DNA of 59,162 nt, the filler included. It is 8 parts of 8 records of this genome, joined end to end, with 100 filler letters (N's around TTAATTAATTAA, not from the genome) between each part and the next. Parts side by side here need not be neighbours in the genome. Positions count along the whole stretch, not along the records: positions 8,640 to 13,815 come from SRR31156797_57138; positions 13,916 to 20,373 come from SRR31156797_57139; 6 more parts are not named here. The stretch is one strand, 5' to 3'. The position numbers and the translations under genes were made by a program. How positions within the stretch are numbered: position 1 is the stretch's first letter; each line of letters starts with the position of its first letter. Below the pieces are notes generated by a model. That model was not told where the DNA came from. It searched no databases and saw only the letters and a list, made by a program, of their open reading frames with translations. Of this stretch, positions 8,640 through 18,399 are shown one piece after another.

Positions 8640-9986
8640 CACCTGTTTACGATGCGCGGCGCGTTCACCGTTGCCGGCCTCCCGGTAGACGAACGGATCG
8701 GGGCCTCGCCCATCCAGGTCGATCTGCAAACCGTGGCCTCCGGACTGCCGGCCCCCATCGATCTCGTACCGGACCCGCAGCAGCCGGGCCGGCTCTACGT
8801 GGTGGATCAAAGCGGCCTGATCCATGTGATCGACCAGGAACAACTCCTGGACGAGCCTTTCCTGGATGTCAGAGATCGTCTCGTGCAGCCGCTCGGTATC
8901 TTCGGGACCTTTGATGCCAACGACTTTGATGAACGCGGTCTGCTGGGGCTCGCCTTCCATCCGGGTTTCGCCGATCCCGCCAGCCAGGGCTTTCAAAAAC
9001 TGTACACGTATACCAGTGAGCCGGTGCAGGGCCCGGCCGATTTCACCATCGACGTGCCCGCCGAGGAGGTGAACCACCAGAGTGTTGTCGCCGAATGGCG
9101 GCTGGGCCGAGGCAGCAGTGTGGTGGACCCCAGTTCGGTGCGCGTGCTTCTGAGAATCGATCAGCCCCAGTTCAACCATGACGGCGGCACCCTGGCCTTC
9201 GGCCCGGATGGCTATCTCTATATCGCGTTGGGTGATGGCGGAGGCGCCAATGACACGGCCGCCGGCCATGGCGACCAGGGCAATGGGCAGAACATCAACA
9301 CCGTCCACGGCAGCATCCTCAGGATCGACCCACTGGAGCCGGGATCCACACCCAACAGCCGCGACCTCGCCAGCGCCAACGGCGCCTACCGCATTCCCTG
9401 GGACAACTACTTCGTGGGCATCGACGGTATCGACGAGATTTACGCCTACGGCCTACGCAACCCGTACGGCTTCAGCTTTGATACGCTCACGGGTGCTTTG
9501 ATCGTCGCCGACGTGGGCCAGGGATTCGTCGAAGAAATCAACATCGTGCGCAAGGGGCTCAACTACGGCTGGAACATCAAGGAAGGTGACTTCCTGTTCG
9601 ATCCGGATGGCATCGACATCGGCCTGCCCTTCGACGATCCGGCGCTAACCGATCCGGTGGCCCAATACGACCACGACGATGGGCTGTCCATCATTGGCGG
9701 CCACATCTACTACGGCTCGCTGCTACCGCAATTGCGGGCCCTCTACGTGTTTGGCGATTTCTCCCGCGCCTTCCGCAATCCCGATGGCCGACTTCTGGTG
9801 GCCGACCTATGGACGGGAAAGATCGAAGAACTGCTGATCGGCAGCGACCGACACAATCTCGGCCTGTTCGTCAAGGGCATTGGCCAGGATCGGAGCGGCG
9901 AGATTTACGTCCTCGCAAGTACCGCTCTCGGCCCCTTCGGCGAAACCGGTGTCGTGCTGAAACTGGTCCCTCCGGCCGAGTTCTAA
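8640..9986 (+). CDS. PQQ-dependent sugar dehydrogenase (GSDH/sorbosone dehydrogenase-like) beta-propeller, 5' truncated
   Basis: ERGLLGLAFHP, QPQFNHDGGTLAFGPDGYLYIALGDGG, GSILRID, EIYAYGLRNP, DVGQ..EEIN..G.NYGW. Frame is open back to the contig edge. Confidence 0.9.
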   Translation, partial: HLFTMRGAFTVAGLPVDERIGASPIQVDLQTVASGLPAPIDLVPDPQQPGRLYVVDQSGLIHVIDQEQLLDEPFLDVRDRLVQPLGIFGTFDANDFDERGLLGLAFHPGFADPASQGFQKLYTYTSEPVQGPADFTIDVPAEEVNHQSVVAEWRLGRGSSVVDPSSVRVLLRIDQPQFNHDGGTLAFGPDGYLYIALGDGGGANDTAAGHGDQGNGQNINTVHGSILRIDPLEPGSTPNSRDLASANGAYRIPWDNYFVGIDGIDEIYAYGLRNPYGFSFDTLTGALIVADVGQGFVEEINIVRKGLNYGWNIKEGDFLFDPDGIDIGLPFDDPALTDPVAQYDHDDGLSIIGGHIYYGSLLPQLRALYVFGDFSRAFRNPDGRLLVADLWTGKIEELLIGSDRHNLGLFVKGIGQDRSGEIYVLASTALGPFGETGVVLKLVPPAEF

Positions 9987-11521
9987 ACCACAGGCGACTG
10001 CCCGGCCTCTTTCTCACATGGGAGGGCCGGGCTCGTTTGCCAGCGGGGCAGAATCTGAGCGGCCAGCAAGAGCACCACGGCCAAACGTGGGCTCGAGGCA
10101 AACCAAGCCACGGCCGCACCGACGAGCAAGGCCACCCAGATCCCTATCTGGCGTTCGGGCGCCGGCACGTGCCGACGTGACGCATGGCGATGCCAGCGGC
10201 GCAGGCCCCACAGTGAGGCAATGATCTCCAGAATTCCGAGGCACAGTAAGACGATGATGCCCAGATAGACCGCACCGGGAAGGCTTGTTGAGCCGCCAGC
10301 CTCTGCCGGCAGCACGGCAGGACGTGTCAGCGCAAACAATGTCGCTGCCTCACCCAGATACGGCGCATCGGAGAAGTTCGACAGCAGCCGCGGCACCAAC
10401 AGCGTTCCGTTGGGCAGAGGCCAGGCCGCAACCAGACCTTCAGCCGCCAGCCTCCGCGCGCGGCTGGCATCTCCCATCGCTCGGACAGCACCCACGCCAA
10501 ACGCGCTGGCGGCCATGCCGTAGCCGCCAATGACCGGCCCGGCATCGACATCGTTCATAGCGAACCAGCCCACGTCGATCCCTTCGGGATATTCCCGAAA
10601 GCCGGCAAACCAGCGGCCCTCCTGCCAGAACTGATCCCGATACGCCTGGTACCACTGTTGCGCCGTTTCGGGCCAAAGCTCCGGCGCCCAAATCAGCATG
10701 AACGACAGCCCCACCCCCCGCGCGCTATCCATGGCCTTGCCCGTCGTCGAGGAGACGACGTACCCCGGCAGGCCGGTGTATTTGTCCAAGCACGTCCCTT
10801 GGAAACCCCGTATCGCCCGGGCGGCAAACTCGGTGTGATCCGTCCCGAGTATGGCGTCGGCCCGGCGGATCGCCGCGATCGCCGGCACGATATCCACCGG
10901 ATAACACTGCCCGGGATAGTCGTCCAGCAGACCGTGCGGCGACGCATCCAACTCCGCGGCCAGTGATTCGACCTGACTCCGCAGCAAAGGCTCGTACTTC
11001 GCATCGCCCAGCAATTTCTGATAACTGGTCAGCGCACTGATCAGCAGCATTCGATAGAACAGGTTTTCCTTCTCGAGATACTGCTCGCCCCAGTGTTGCT
11101 TGACCCAGCCGGCATGATTCGGATCGGCCACCAACGCCGCGGCCGCCGCGATCGCGTCCCGCGCATAGTCCTTCGGAGCCGAGTGAGTCACGGCAGAGTC
11201 CCGCTCAAACGCCTCCTGCATCGCCTCGGTAGCCCACAGGTAGAAGACCGAGCCGAACAAAGGCCACTCTGTCCCCGAGATGTTCTTCGTCGTCAGTGTT
11301 CCCGCAGCGCCCGACGCAACACGCTGCTGAGCCCACCGGGCATACTTAGGCGACAGCACGCGATGCCAGCGAAACACGCACCGAGGGATCGCGCCCCCTG
11401 CCAGCCCCGGATCGCGCAGATCGGAGATAAGCTGACCGGCCGGCAATATAAAGACGTAAACGCACAGACCGGTGATGATGGCGGCATTGATATAGACACA
11501 AACAGCAAGGGGCTTTCGCAC
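9983..11521 (-). CDS. Membrane-anchored linalool dehydratase/isomerase-like (alpha/alpha-toroid) protein
   Basis: ENLFYR..L, L...L..SP.GLLDDYPGQCYPVD, GFREYP, DVDAGP..G...AASAFG resemble Ldi-domain homologues as I recall them. N- and C-terminal TM helices. GGAGG RBS before GTG. Confidence 0.6.
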   Translation of the reverse strand: MRKPLAVCVYINAAIITGLCVYVFILPAGQLISDLRDPGLAGGAIPRCVFRWHRVLSPKYARWAQQRVASGAAGTLTTKNISGTEWPLFGSVFYLWATEAMQEAFERDSAVTHSAPKDYARDAIAAAAALVADPNHAGWVKQHWGEQYLEKENLFYRMLLISALTSYQKLLGDAKYEPLLRSQVESLAAELDASPHGLLDDYPGQCYPVDIVPAIAAIRRADAILGTDHTEFAARAIRGFQGTCLDKYTGLPGYVVSSTTGKAMDSARGVGLSFMLIWAPELWPETAQQWYQAYRDQFWQEGRWFAGFREYPEGIDVGWFAMNDVDAGPVIGGYGMAASAFGVGAVRAMGDASRARRLAAEGLVAAWPLPNGTLLVPRLLSNFSDAPYLGEAATLFALTRPAVLPAEAGGSTSLPGAVYLGIIVLLCLGILEIIASLWGLRRWHRHASRRHVPAPERQIGIWVALLVGAAVAWFASSPRLAVVLLLAAQILPRWQTSPALPCEKEAGQSPVV

Positions 11522-11625
11522 GGTAGACCTCCACTTCCAACGACGTGACCGCCAGGGTAGTCCCGTGGAAGTGACATGTCAACGCGAAATCACACGCCCG
11601 CCGACATCTGAGACAGTGCTCAAGA

Positions 11626-12399
11626 TCAGAAGGTCAGGAGAGAGGCCAGCACATTCATCATGCACATGGAGCCCGCGCGCTTCGGACGGGCATAGCAGCG
11701 CACGTTGGACGCACGGTTGGCATCCAGATGCAGCAGTGTCAACGCCGCGGCGGCCCGGACCGAGGGACAGCAGTCTTTTGCCAAATGGCCCTTCAGTGCT
11801 TCGACGCACATCCGTAGCGGCGCCACCCGCCCGAGCAACAAGGAGGTGAAATAGACCACGAACGGATCCACTCGAGGCCTATCCAGCAGCGATCGCATCA
11901 ATTCAACCACCTGAACCACACCATCATCAGGATCACGCCATTGGGCATCCCGCGCCACGGCCAACATCTTCCATAGACCCTTGACATAGTAGTCGTACCG
12001 CGTGACAGCGGAATCCGGTGAAGTGAAGATCTTGTTGCGGGCGAGCATATAGAAGGGATAGGCAGAGGGAGATCTCAGCGGGTCGTCCGGCATGCCCAGA
12101 AACGCTCGTAGCCCGTTGTACCAAGGCAATTGATTGAGGCTTTCCACCAGGGCCCAACTCAGGCAAGGGTCCCCGCCAATCGCAGCGCCGACGGCATCGA
12201 ACACGCTTTCCGAATCGCTCTCCAGGGCACTGAGCACCATCAAGGCCACCGGCGCGGCCTCGCGCGAGGCCAGATCCGCCATGAGGGAGGACTCTGTTGG
12301 ATTGCGGTGAGCCAATGCCAGAGCCGCTTCCGTGGTAGCCGACGACAGAGGAACATTTTCCAGACGGAATACGGCACGACGCAAATCGGAAGGTCGCAT
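11626..12399 (-). CDS. Hypothetical helical protein with a HEAT-like C-terminal repeat
   Basis: AGGAG RBS 6 nt before ATG 12399. Leu/Ala-rich, with CVEALKGHLAKDCCPSVRAAAALTL as a HEAT/PBS-like segment. No family recognised. Confidence 0.5.
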   Translation of the reverse strand: MRPSDLRRAVFRLENVPLSSATTEAALALAHRNPTESSLMADLASREAAPVALMVLSALESDSESVFDAVGAAIGGDPCLSWALVESLNQLPWYNGLRAFLGMPDDPLRSPSAYPFYMLARNKIFTSPDSAVTRYDYYVKGLWKMLAVARDAQWRDPDDGVVQVVELMRSLLDRPRVDPFVVYFTSLLLGRVAPLRMCVEALKGHLAKDCCPSVRAAAALTLLHLDANRASNVRCYARPKRAGSMCMMNVLASLLTF

Positions 12400-12838
12400 G
12401 GCCAACTCCTAATGACGCCCCGTGGCATCGCCTCGCTTGGCGGGCCCAGCGCACACTTTCGGCGGGAGCAGCTGAGAACCCAGAACAAACGGGCGCCAGA
12501 ACGCGGGGAATGGGCGAAGAAGAGACGGGGGCAAGGCAAAGCCCATTGATTTACAATTTGAGCCTGTTTCAAACAGAAGCATATGTTATCATAGAACTAC
12601 ATTTGATGTCAGGTCACTGCGCTAACGACTATAACTCAAAGATACCTAAAGAGGCCCCATGAAGTCAATACAGGGCACAAAACAAAGGTGAGGCGGAACA
12701 ACTCCTGTAGCCGAACAGAGCACAAGAGGCCACATACAGTGCCATTTTCGACGAGACAAACGACAGGCACACGGCGTCATTTATAGCCAAACAGACCTAA
12801 TACGCCAAGGAACGCTACCAATTTGCGAAAGGGTCGAC

Positions 12839-13815
12839 ATGAAGGTAGAAAGCCGTCTCAAAGCCCTGCTGAGCGACCACGATTTGGATCGTCACGGCAT
12901 CATTCAGGAGATCGCCACCGGTATCGGGGTCAACCGCCATACGATAGCGAAACTCTACAACAACCGCAGTCCGAGTGTAACCTTCAGCCTGCTGGGCCGG
13001 CTTTGCAACTGGCTGACCAAGAACGGCGTGCCGCCCGATGAACTCCCGGGCGCTCTGTTCGGGTCTGGCCGCGCCCCCCTTTGGAACGCCATCGCCCGCC
13101 AAGGCGGCGATGTCACCATCTACCTCGGCGAGTATCAGCCGATCACCGAAGGCGAGGTCATCTGGCGCTGGATCTCCCGTCGCGATTCAGCGGTCGCGTC
13201 CCTGATGATTCAGCGCCTGTCCACCGGCTCCGAGGGCGAGGCACGCCCCCCCCGCTTGAATTTCCAGTACATTCCCTTTCGCTATTCCCCGGCCGACCCG
13301 ATCGTCGACCCCCGCCTGCTCGAAAAGGACATCAACCGGACTCGAAGTGTCTTCGAACAAACCCAACAGGATGTTAACCCGGGCACGGCGATCATCATCG
13401 GGAGCCAACGGGTCAACTACTTGTTGGAGTTCTTCATCGCCGATCTGTTTGGCTGCCGGCCCTTTGCCCTTCCGCCTGGCGAGCCGCGCGTGCCGTTCTT
13501 CAGCGTCTATCGCCAGAGCGACCAGAACACTCCGAGTTGCTTCGGCGGCCGGCACAATCCATTTCGCCGCAGAGACAGCGAGCAACCAGGTCTACACTAC
13601 CTCAGCGACAAGGGCCACTGGGTGACATGCCCATGGGTGCGTGAGGAACAGGATGTTGGCATCGTCGTGTCGGTGAAAGAGCATCGCCGCAAGTCCAGCG
13701 CTCTGGCCATTTTTGGCTTCTCGGGGCGTGCCACTGAAGCCGTAGGCGAACAACTGACCCTCCGCGAAGATCTCTTCTGGCCCCCGGCGGTCAAGCTCAA
13801 GACCAAGGACATTGG
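12839..13815 (+). CDS. XRE/Cro-type HTH protein with a large uncharacterised C-terminal domain, 3' truncated
   Basis: SRLKALL...IQEIATGIGVNRHTIAKLYNN...VTFSLLGRLCNWL is an HTH_26-like domain; followed by more than 240 aa of alpha/beta sequence. Confidence 0.75.
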
Positions 13816-13915
13816 NNNNNNNNNNNNNNNNNNNNNNNNNNNNNNNNNNNNNNNNNNNNTTAATTAATTAANNNNNNNNNNNNNNNNNNNNNNNNNNNNN
13901 NNNNNNNNNNNNNNN
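13816..13915. other. Artificial contig linker 2
   Basis: N-run, TTAATTAATTAA, N-run. Confidence 0.99.
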
Positions 13916-14335
13916 GCCGATGCCACCGGATTTGGCGAAGGCTACGACGTGGCTTTCGATCCCGACGCCGGGACGATCACGGTGACACTCCAGAACACGA
14001 TTCTCTTCGCGTCGGGTAAGGCGTCCCTCAAGAGCGCGACCAGCGCTGAGCTTGACCACATCCTCTCGGTGTTGAAGTCCAAGTATTCGGGCAAGGAAAT
14101 CGACGTCGTGGGGCACACGGATACGGACCCGATCCGCAAGTCTGCCTGGAAAGACAACTGGGAGCTCTCGGCTCAGCGCGCACTGTCGGTGACGCGGTAC
14201 CTGGTCGAGCACGGCATTTCCGACGATCTGGTTCGAGCCTCGGGTTGTGGTCCGGCGCGGCCCATCGCGCCGAACACCTCAAACGCCGGCAAGTCGAAGA
14301 ATCGACGGGTCGAGATCGTCGTCCACATGCGATAG
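13916..14335 (+). CDS. OmpA/MotB C-terminal peptidoglycan-binding domain protein, 5' truncated
   Basis: ILFASGKASL, VVGHTD..PI, NWELSAQRALSV, PIAPN....KNRRVEI. Confidence 0.92.
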   Translation, partial: ADATGFGEGYDVAFDPDAGTITVTLQNTILFASGKASLKSATSAELDHILSVLKSKYSGKEIDVVGHTDTDPIRKSAWKDNWELSAQRALSVTRYLVEHGISDDLVRASGCGPARPIAPNTSNAGKSKNRRVEIVVHMR

Positions 14336-14389
14336 ATCGTGATGCCGGTGGGAACGGATGCCCGCCGGTTTCTCCTTGCGATGCGTCAA

Positions 14390-14584
14390 TCAGCCTGACA
14401 CCACGACAATCACGAATTCGTGGCGGTCTGGGTCAAATCCGATGGTCTCGATCGTCCCTGCCACGGGGCTGGTCTGCGCGCTGGGGTCCGCGCACACTTT
14501 CTGCCCCCGAACGACGGTATCGCCCGGAGATACGGTTGGATGGTAGGTGGCATCGATCCTGATAGTGATCTCATGCGGGGTCAT
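14390..14584 (-). CDS. 64-aa stand-alone barrel-sandwich hybrid (RnfC_N/biotinyl-lipoyl-like) protein
   Basis: PTVSPGDTVVRGQKV...SPVAGTIETI pattern; its ATG overlaps the phoA stop (ATGA, 14581-14584). Confidence 0.65.
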   Translation of the reverse strand: MTPHEITIRIDATYHPTVSPGDTVVRGQKVCADPSAQTSPVAGTIETIGFDPDRHEFVIVVVSG

Positions 14585-15813
14585 TGGATCGGTTGTGGCC
14601 AGGGCCGGATGCCGAGCAGCACGGCGAGGCGCTTGCTAACCTCCGTGTTGTCGTAGACACCGGCAAAGCGTTCCGCGTTCGGACCCAGGGCGTAGATCGG
14701 CACGGGCGTACCGGTGTGGCTGCCGGTCGACCACTTGACTTTGACGTCCGTTCCCTTGAGGTTACCATCGGAAATGGTCAATCCGCCCGTTTCATGGTCG
14801 GCCGTAACGATCAGCAGGGTGCGCCCGTCCGCCAGGGCGAAGTCGATGGCGGCTTTGACGGCCTCGTCGAAGAGCAGGGTCTGTCGCACACAGCTTTCCG
14901 TGTCGTTGCTGTGGCAGGCCCAGTCGATCTGACTGCCCTCGACCATGAGGAAGAAGCCCTTTCGGGTGCCGGGTGACATGCCTCTGGCGTTGCGGAGGCA
15001 CCCAATAGCCTTTCTCGTCATCAGGGCCAGCATGGGTTCCGGCGGAATGGTCGTGAGGCCCTCGTGCTGGAACAGGCCCAGCAGATAGGGGGCGTTGACC
15101 GAACGCAGTTGCCCGGCGGTCTCCACGTACACGTACCCGGCATCCCGTGCCTCGGCGAGCAGATCGCGCTCATCGTGGCGGCCACTGTTCGGATCGGACT
15201 TCGGCAGAAAGAACTTGCGACCTCCGCCGAGCAGGACGTTAACGCGATTGGCGAGCAAGTGTTCGGCGATGTCGGCCTCCATTTTCCGGCTCTTGACATG
15301 GGCGCCGAAGGACGCGGGCGTGGCGTGTGTGATGTTGGAGGTGGCCACCAGACCGGTGGCCATCCCACCAGCCTGGGCGGCTTCGAGGATCGTTCGATAA
15401 GGCGATCCATCCGGTGCCTGTCCGATCCTGCCGTTGTTCGTCTTGATCCCGGTCGACATCGCCGTTCCGGAGGCCGCCGAGTCGGTGACGAACCGGTTGG
15501 ACGAATGCGTCCGAATGAAGCCGCTGACGGGCAGACGCTCCATGTGAAGCTTGCCGTTCGGCCCCATCGCCTTCAGGCCCGCCAGGGTCACCTGGCTTAG
15601 ACCCATGCCGTCGCCGATACAGAAGATGACGTTTCTGACCTTCTTGGCGGTGGTCAGAGGATACGGTTCCGTACTGATCGGCGGCTGATAGAAACTCAGG
15701 TCGTCGGTGTCGACCTTGGGCGTGGGGTAGTCGAAAGCGCGTGTTATCGGAACGGCCAGGGCCAAGACCACAACTGCAAGGGTGAGCGTCAAGCTGGCCA
15801 GCGGTTTCTTCAT
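14581..15813 (-). CDS. phoA: Alkaline phosphatase, PhoA family
   Basis: Signal peptide, IGDGMG, VTDSAASGTA (catalytic Ser), HATPA, VEGSQIDWACH, TADHETGG, GSHT: full metal-ligand set. Confidence 0.95.
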   Translation of the reverse strand: MKKPLASLTLTLAVVVLALAVPITRAFDYPTPKVDTDDLSFYQPPISTEPYPLTTAKKVRNVIFCIGDGMGLSQVTLAGLKAMGPNGKLHMERLPVSGFIRTHSSNRFVTDSAASGTAMSTGIKTNNGRIGQAPDGSPYRTILEAAQAGGMATGLVATSNITHATPASFGAHVKSRKMEADIAEHLLANRVNVLLGGGRKFFLPKSDPNSGRHDERDLLAEARDAGYVYVETAGQLRSVNAPYLLGLFQHEGLTTIPPEPMLALMTRKAIGCLRNARGMSPGTRKGFFLMVEGSQIDWACHSNDTESCVRQTLLFDEAVKAAIDFALADGRTLLIVTADHETGGLTISDGNLKGTDVKVKWSTGSHTGTPVPIYALGPNAERFAGVYDNTEVSKRLAVLLGIRPWPQPIQ

Positions 15814-15816
15814 TCG

Positions 15817-18399
15817 CTATCTTCCTTTTGAGCCATGAACATAGGGCACCGTTTCTACCATGCCGCTGGTCTGTACGCAAACGGTTATGGCTCCGTTCTT
15901 GGCGGTGAGGAAATACTGCGGATGAAAGACCGTCGTTTCCGGTTGCCGAGAGTTATTCTGTCTCAACCGGCCGCTAACGATCAAGACTTCAGGCCGTAGA
16001 TGGGGCAGGAAGTCTTCATGGCGGGTTGCCTTCGAGCCGTGGTGGGGAACGATCACGACCTCGGCCGTGAGGTTTGGATACAACGCCATGATTTGTTCTT
16101 GTGCGAATTCTTCGATGTCCGAACAGAGCAGGATGGAGGCCCCGACGTATTCGATCCGTGATACGAGCGAGCAATCGTTGTCACTGAGATTATCCCGATC
16201 GGCTGACTCATATGGTGGCCACAGCGTTTTAACCGTTGCATGCGCGCTCTGAAGTATTCTGGGCACGTGTTCGATCGTGTGGCCCTGCTGGGCGAGATGC
16301 TCAGCCAGCCGCTTGGCGGTCCTCTCAGTCTCTATTTGGGCGAAGAATGCCGGATTCGCATAGATATGGTCCACCCGACGGCGATCCACGATTTCCGGGA
16401 TACCGTTGATATGGTCGATATCGTTGTGGCTGATCGTGATGGCATGCAGGCGACTGATGCCCATATAGTCCAGGAACGGCAGCACGATGCGCGATCCGAC
16501 GTCGCGCTGGTACATCGAGCCGGCGTCGAAGAGCATGTTCTTCGTGCCGGGAAGTTGCAGCAGAATCGCTTGGCCGTGACCGACATCGAGACACGTCATC
16601 CGCAGATGGTCACGGTGGGTCCGTTGCCATTTCACGACGCCGATGTACCCCACCAACGTCAGACTCATCACAACGCACAGCGCTCGCTTGAGCCGCATGT
16701 ACCGTATCGGTGCGAACCGTGCGCAGAGAACGAGCCCATAGTACAGGATGATGACCCAGAGGGTGACATGGCCAATGAGAATACAGTTGATCTCCGGTAT
16801 CGCCAGGATCTTCACGATGGCGTCCAGGAGACCAGTGCTGGCGTCGAGGACATGGCCGAGAAGGAGACTCAATGTTGGCAACAGAAAGAACAGGACGATT
16901 TTGAGCACGCCAACAGCAAGGATCAGTGCGACCAGCGGGAAAATCAACACGGTCCAGAGACTGGTCAGCGGCGTGATCGTATAGAAGTGGTAGAGGAGAA
17001 TGCCGGCGCCGCCGATCCAGGCGGCTACACCCATCGAGAACAGACGCAAGGTCGAGGCGCCAATGCGTTCGATGATTCTTCTCGGAAGGTTCATTTGATG
17101 TTTCTTTGGACTGTCCCATCGATCTATCCGATCACGGATGAAGTCTTCAATATGGCCGGTCAGGGCCAAAATCCCGGCCACACACGCAAAGGATAATTGC
17201 CAACCGACCTCGAACAGTTGCGTCGGTCGTATCAGCAGCAGAATGATCGCGGCTAGCGACAACGTGTTGAGCGGATTGGTGTGTCGGCGCAGCAGGACTG
17301 CCGCACAGAAGGTCCATACGATGACCGCGGCGCGAACGGTGGGAGCGCGCGGTGGGACGACCATCAGGAACAGAACAGTAGCGACAATGCACACCATGGC
17401 GCGTGTTGGCTTCAGCAGTCCCGCTGTTTTGCTGAGCCACCAGAGAAGACCGACAAAGATGCCCAGATGCAGGCCGGAAAGGCTGATCATGTGGGATAGC
17501 CCCGTCTTGCGAAACGCTTCGTATGTCTGGCGGTCGATGTTCTCCCGACGGCCCAGGAGCAACGCTTCGAGCAGACCGTCGCTGGAATCTCCCGGTGCGC
17601 GATCGCCCAATAGAGCGTTCGCCGTGACTTCGGAGAGTCTGTTCCGCAGACGGCTGAGCGTGCTCTGCGAGGTCTCGCCACGCACGGTGATGGCGGCCCG
17701 TGACGGTACCGAGGCGCCGAGGTAGATGTTCCGGCGTCCCAGGTGGCCGGCTAGGTCGAACTGGCCCGGATTCGTAGGGGGGGCGAAGCGGTACAGCCAG
17801 CAATAGATCTGGATCATGTCTCCCGTGTGGAGGTTTGGCGTCGGTTCGTCCACCTGCACGCGGATGGCACCGCTGGTTCTTCTCCAGCCGCGATCGGTTT
17901 CGACTGCTTCGACCTTCAGGTAGAATGAGCTCGACGGGTCTGTGAAGACAAACTCGGCAAAACACCAGTCCTGCCGCCGGTGCTGGGGTCGCGTGAGGAT
18001 GCGTCCTCGCACGGTCGCGAGCGTCCGCTCGGCGCCGACGAGATTCCGAATGTCATCAGGCGGGGGCATTTTAATCGCGATCAGACGCACCGCGCCAAGG
18101 GCCAGAAAGCACAGCAGTGCGACACCGGCCAGGATGCCTGGATGCGGCGTCCTACGGGCGCCAATGAAGTATCCGAAAACCACCACGGCACTGCATCCGA
18201 GCAGAATACTCCAGGGCCAAAGAAGTACTGGTGAACCGGTGCCGCCGAATCGCGCGGACAGGGCCCGTTGGGCGATGATTCCGACCATGAGGCCGACGGC
18301 CAGAAAGAACAGCGGCGCGATGGCCACCAGTCGGGTCAAGAGACTTTGACCGCTGAGTTGAGCCTCGATGAGGGTCAATTTACGCTTAATCTCGTCCAT
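15817..18399 (-). CDS. comEC: DNA internalisation competence protein ComEC/Rec2
   Basis: PPTNPGQFD (DUF4131), F.KTGLSHMISLSGLH, GWQLSF, LDVGHGQA, ISHNDIDHING, VPHHGS: OB, Competence and MBL domains. Confidence 0.95.
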   Translation of the reverse strand: MDEIKRKLTLIEAQLSGQSLLTRLVAIAPLFFLAVGLMVGIIAQRALSARFGGTGSPVLLWPWSILLGCSAVVVFGYFIGARRTPHPGILAGVALLCFLALGAVRLIAIKMPPPDDIRNLVGAERTLATVRGRILTRPQHRRQDWCFAEFVFTDPSSSFYLKVEAVETDRGWRRTSGAIRVQVDEPTPNLHTGDMIQIYCWLYRFAPPTNPGQFDLAGHLGRRNIYLGASVPSRAAITVRGETSQSTLSRLRNRLSEVTANALLGDRAPGDSSDGLLEALLLGRRENIDRQTYEAFRKTGLSHMISLSGLHLGIFVGLLWWLSKTAGLLKPTRAMVCIVATVLFLMVVPPRAPTVRAAVIVWTFCAAVLLRRHTNPLNTLSLAAIILLLIRPTQLFEVGWQLSFACVAGILALTGHIEDFIRDRIDRWDSPKKHQMNLPRRIIERIGASTLRLFSMGVAAWIGGAGILLYHFYTITPLTSLWTVLIFPLVALILAVGVLKIVLFFLLPTLSLLLGHVLDASTGLLDAIVKILAIPEINCILIGHVTLWVIILYYGLVLCARFAPIRYMRLKRALCVVMSLTLVGYIGVVKWQRTHRDHLRMTCLDVGHGQAILLQLPGTKNMLFDAGSMYQRDVGSRIVLPFLDYMGISRLHAITISHNDIDHINGIPEIVDRRRVDHIYANPAFFAQIETERTAKRLAEHLAQQGHTIEHVPRILQSAHATVKTLWPPYESADRDNLSDNDCSLVSRIEYVGASILLCSDIEEFAQEQIMALYPNLTAEVVIVPHHGSKATRHEDFLPHLRPEVLIVSGRLRQNNSRQPETTVFHPQYFLTAKNGAITVCVQTSGMVETVPYVHGSKGR

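Noticed and set aside
16240..17965. ORFs 16240-17196 (+) and 17147-17965 (-)
   Set aside because: Antisense or alternate-frame shadows inside comEC.
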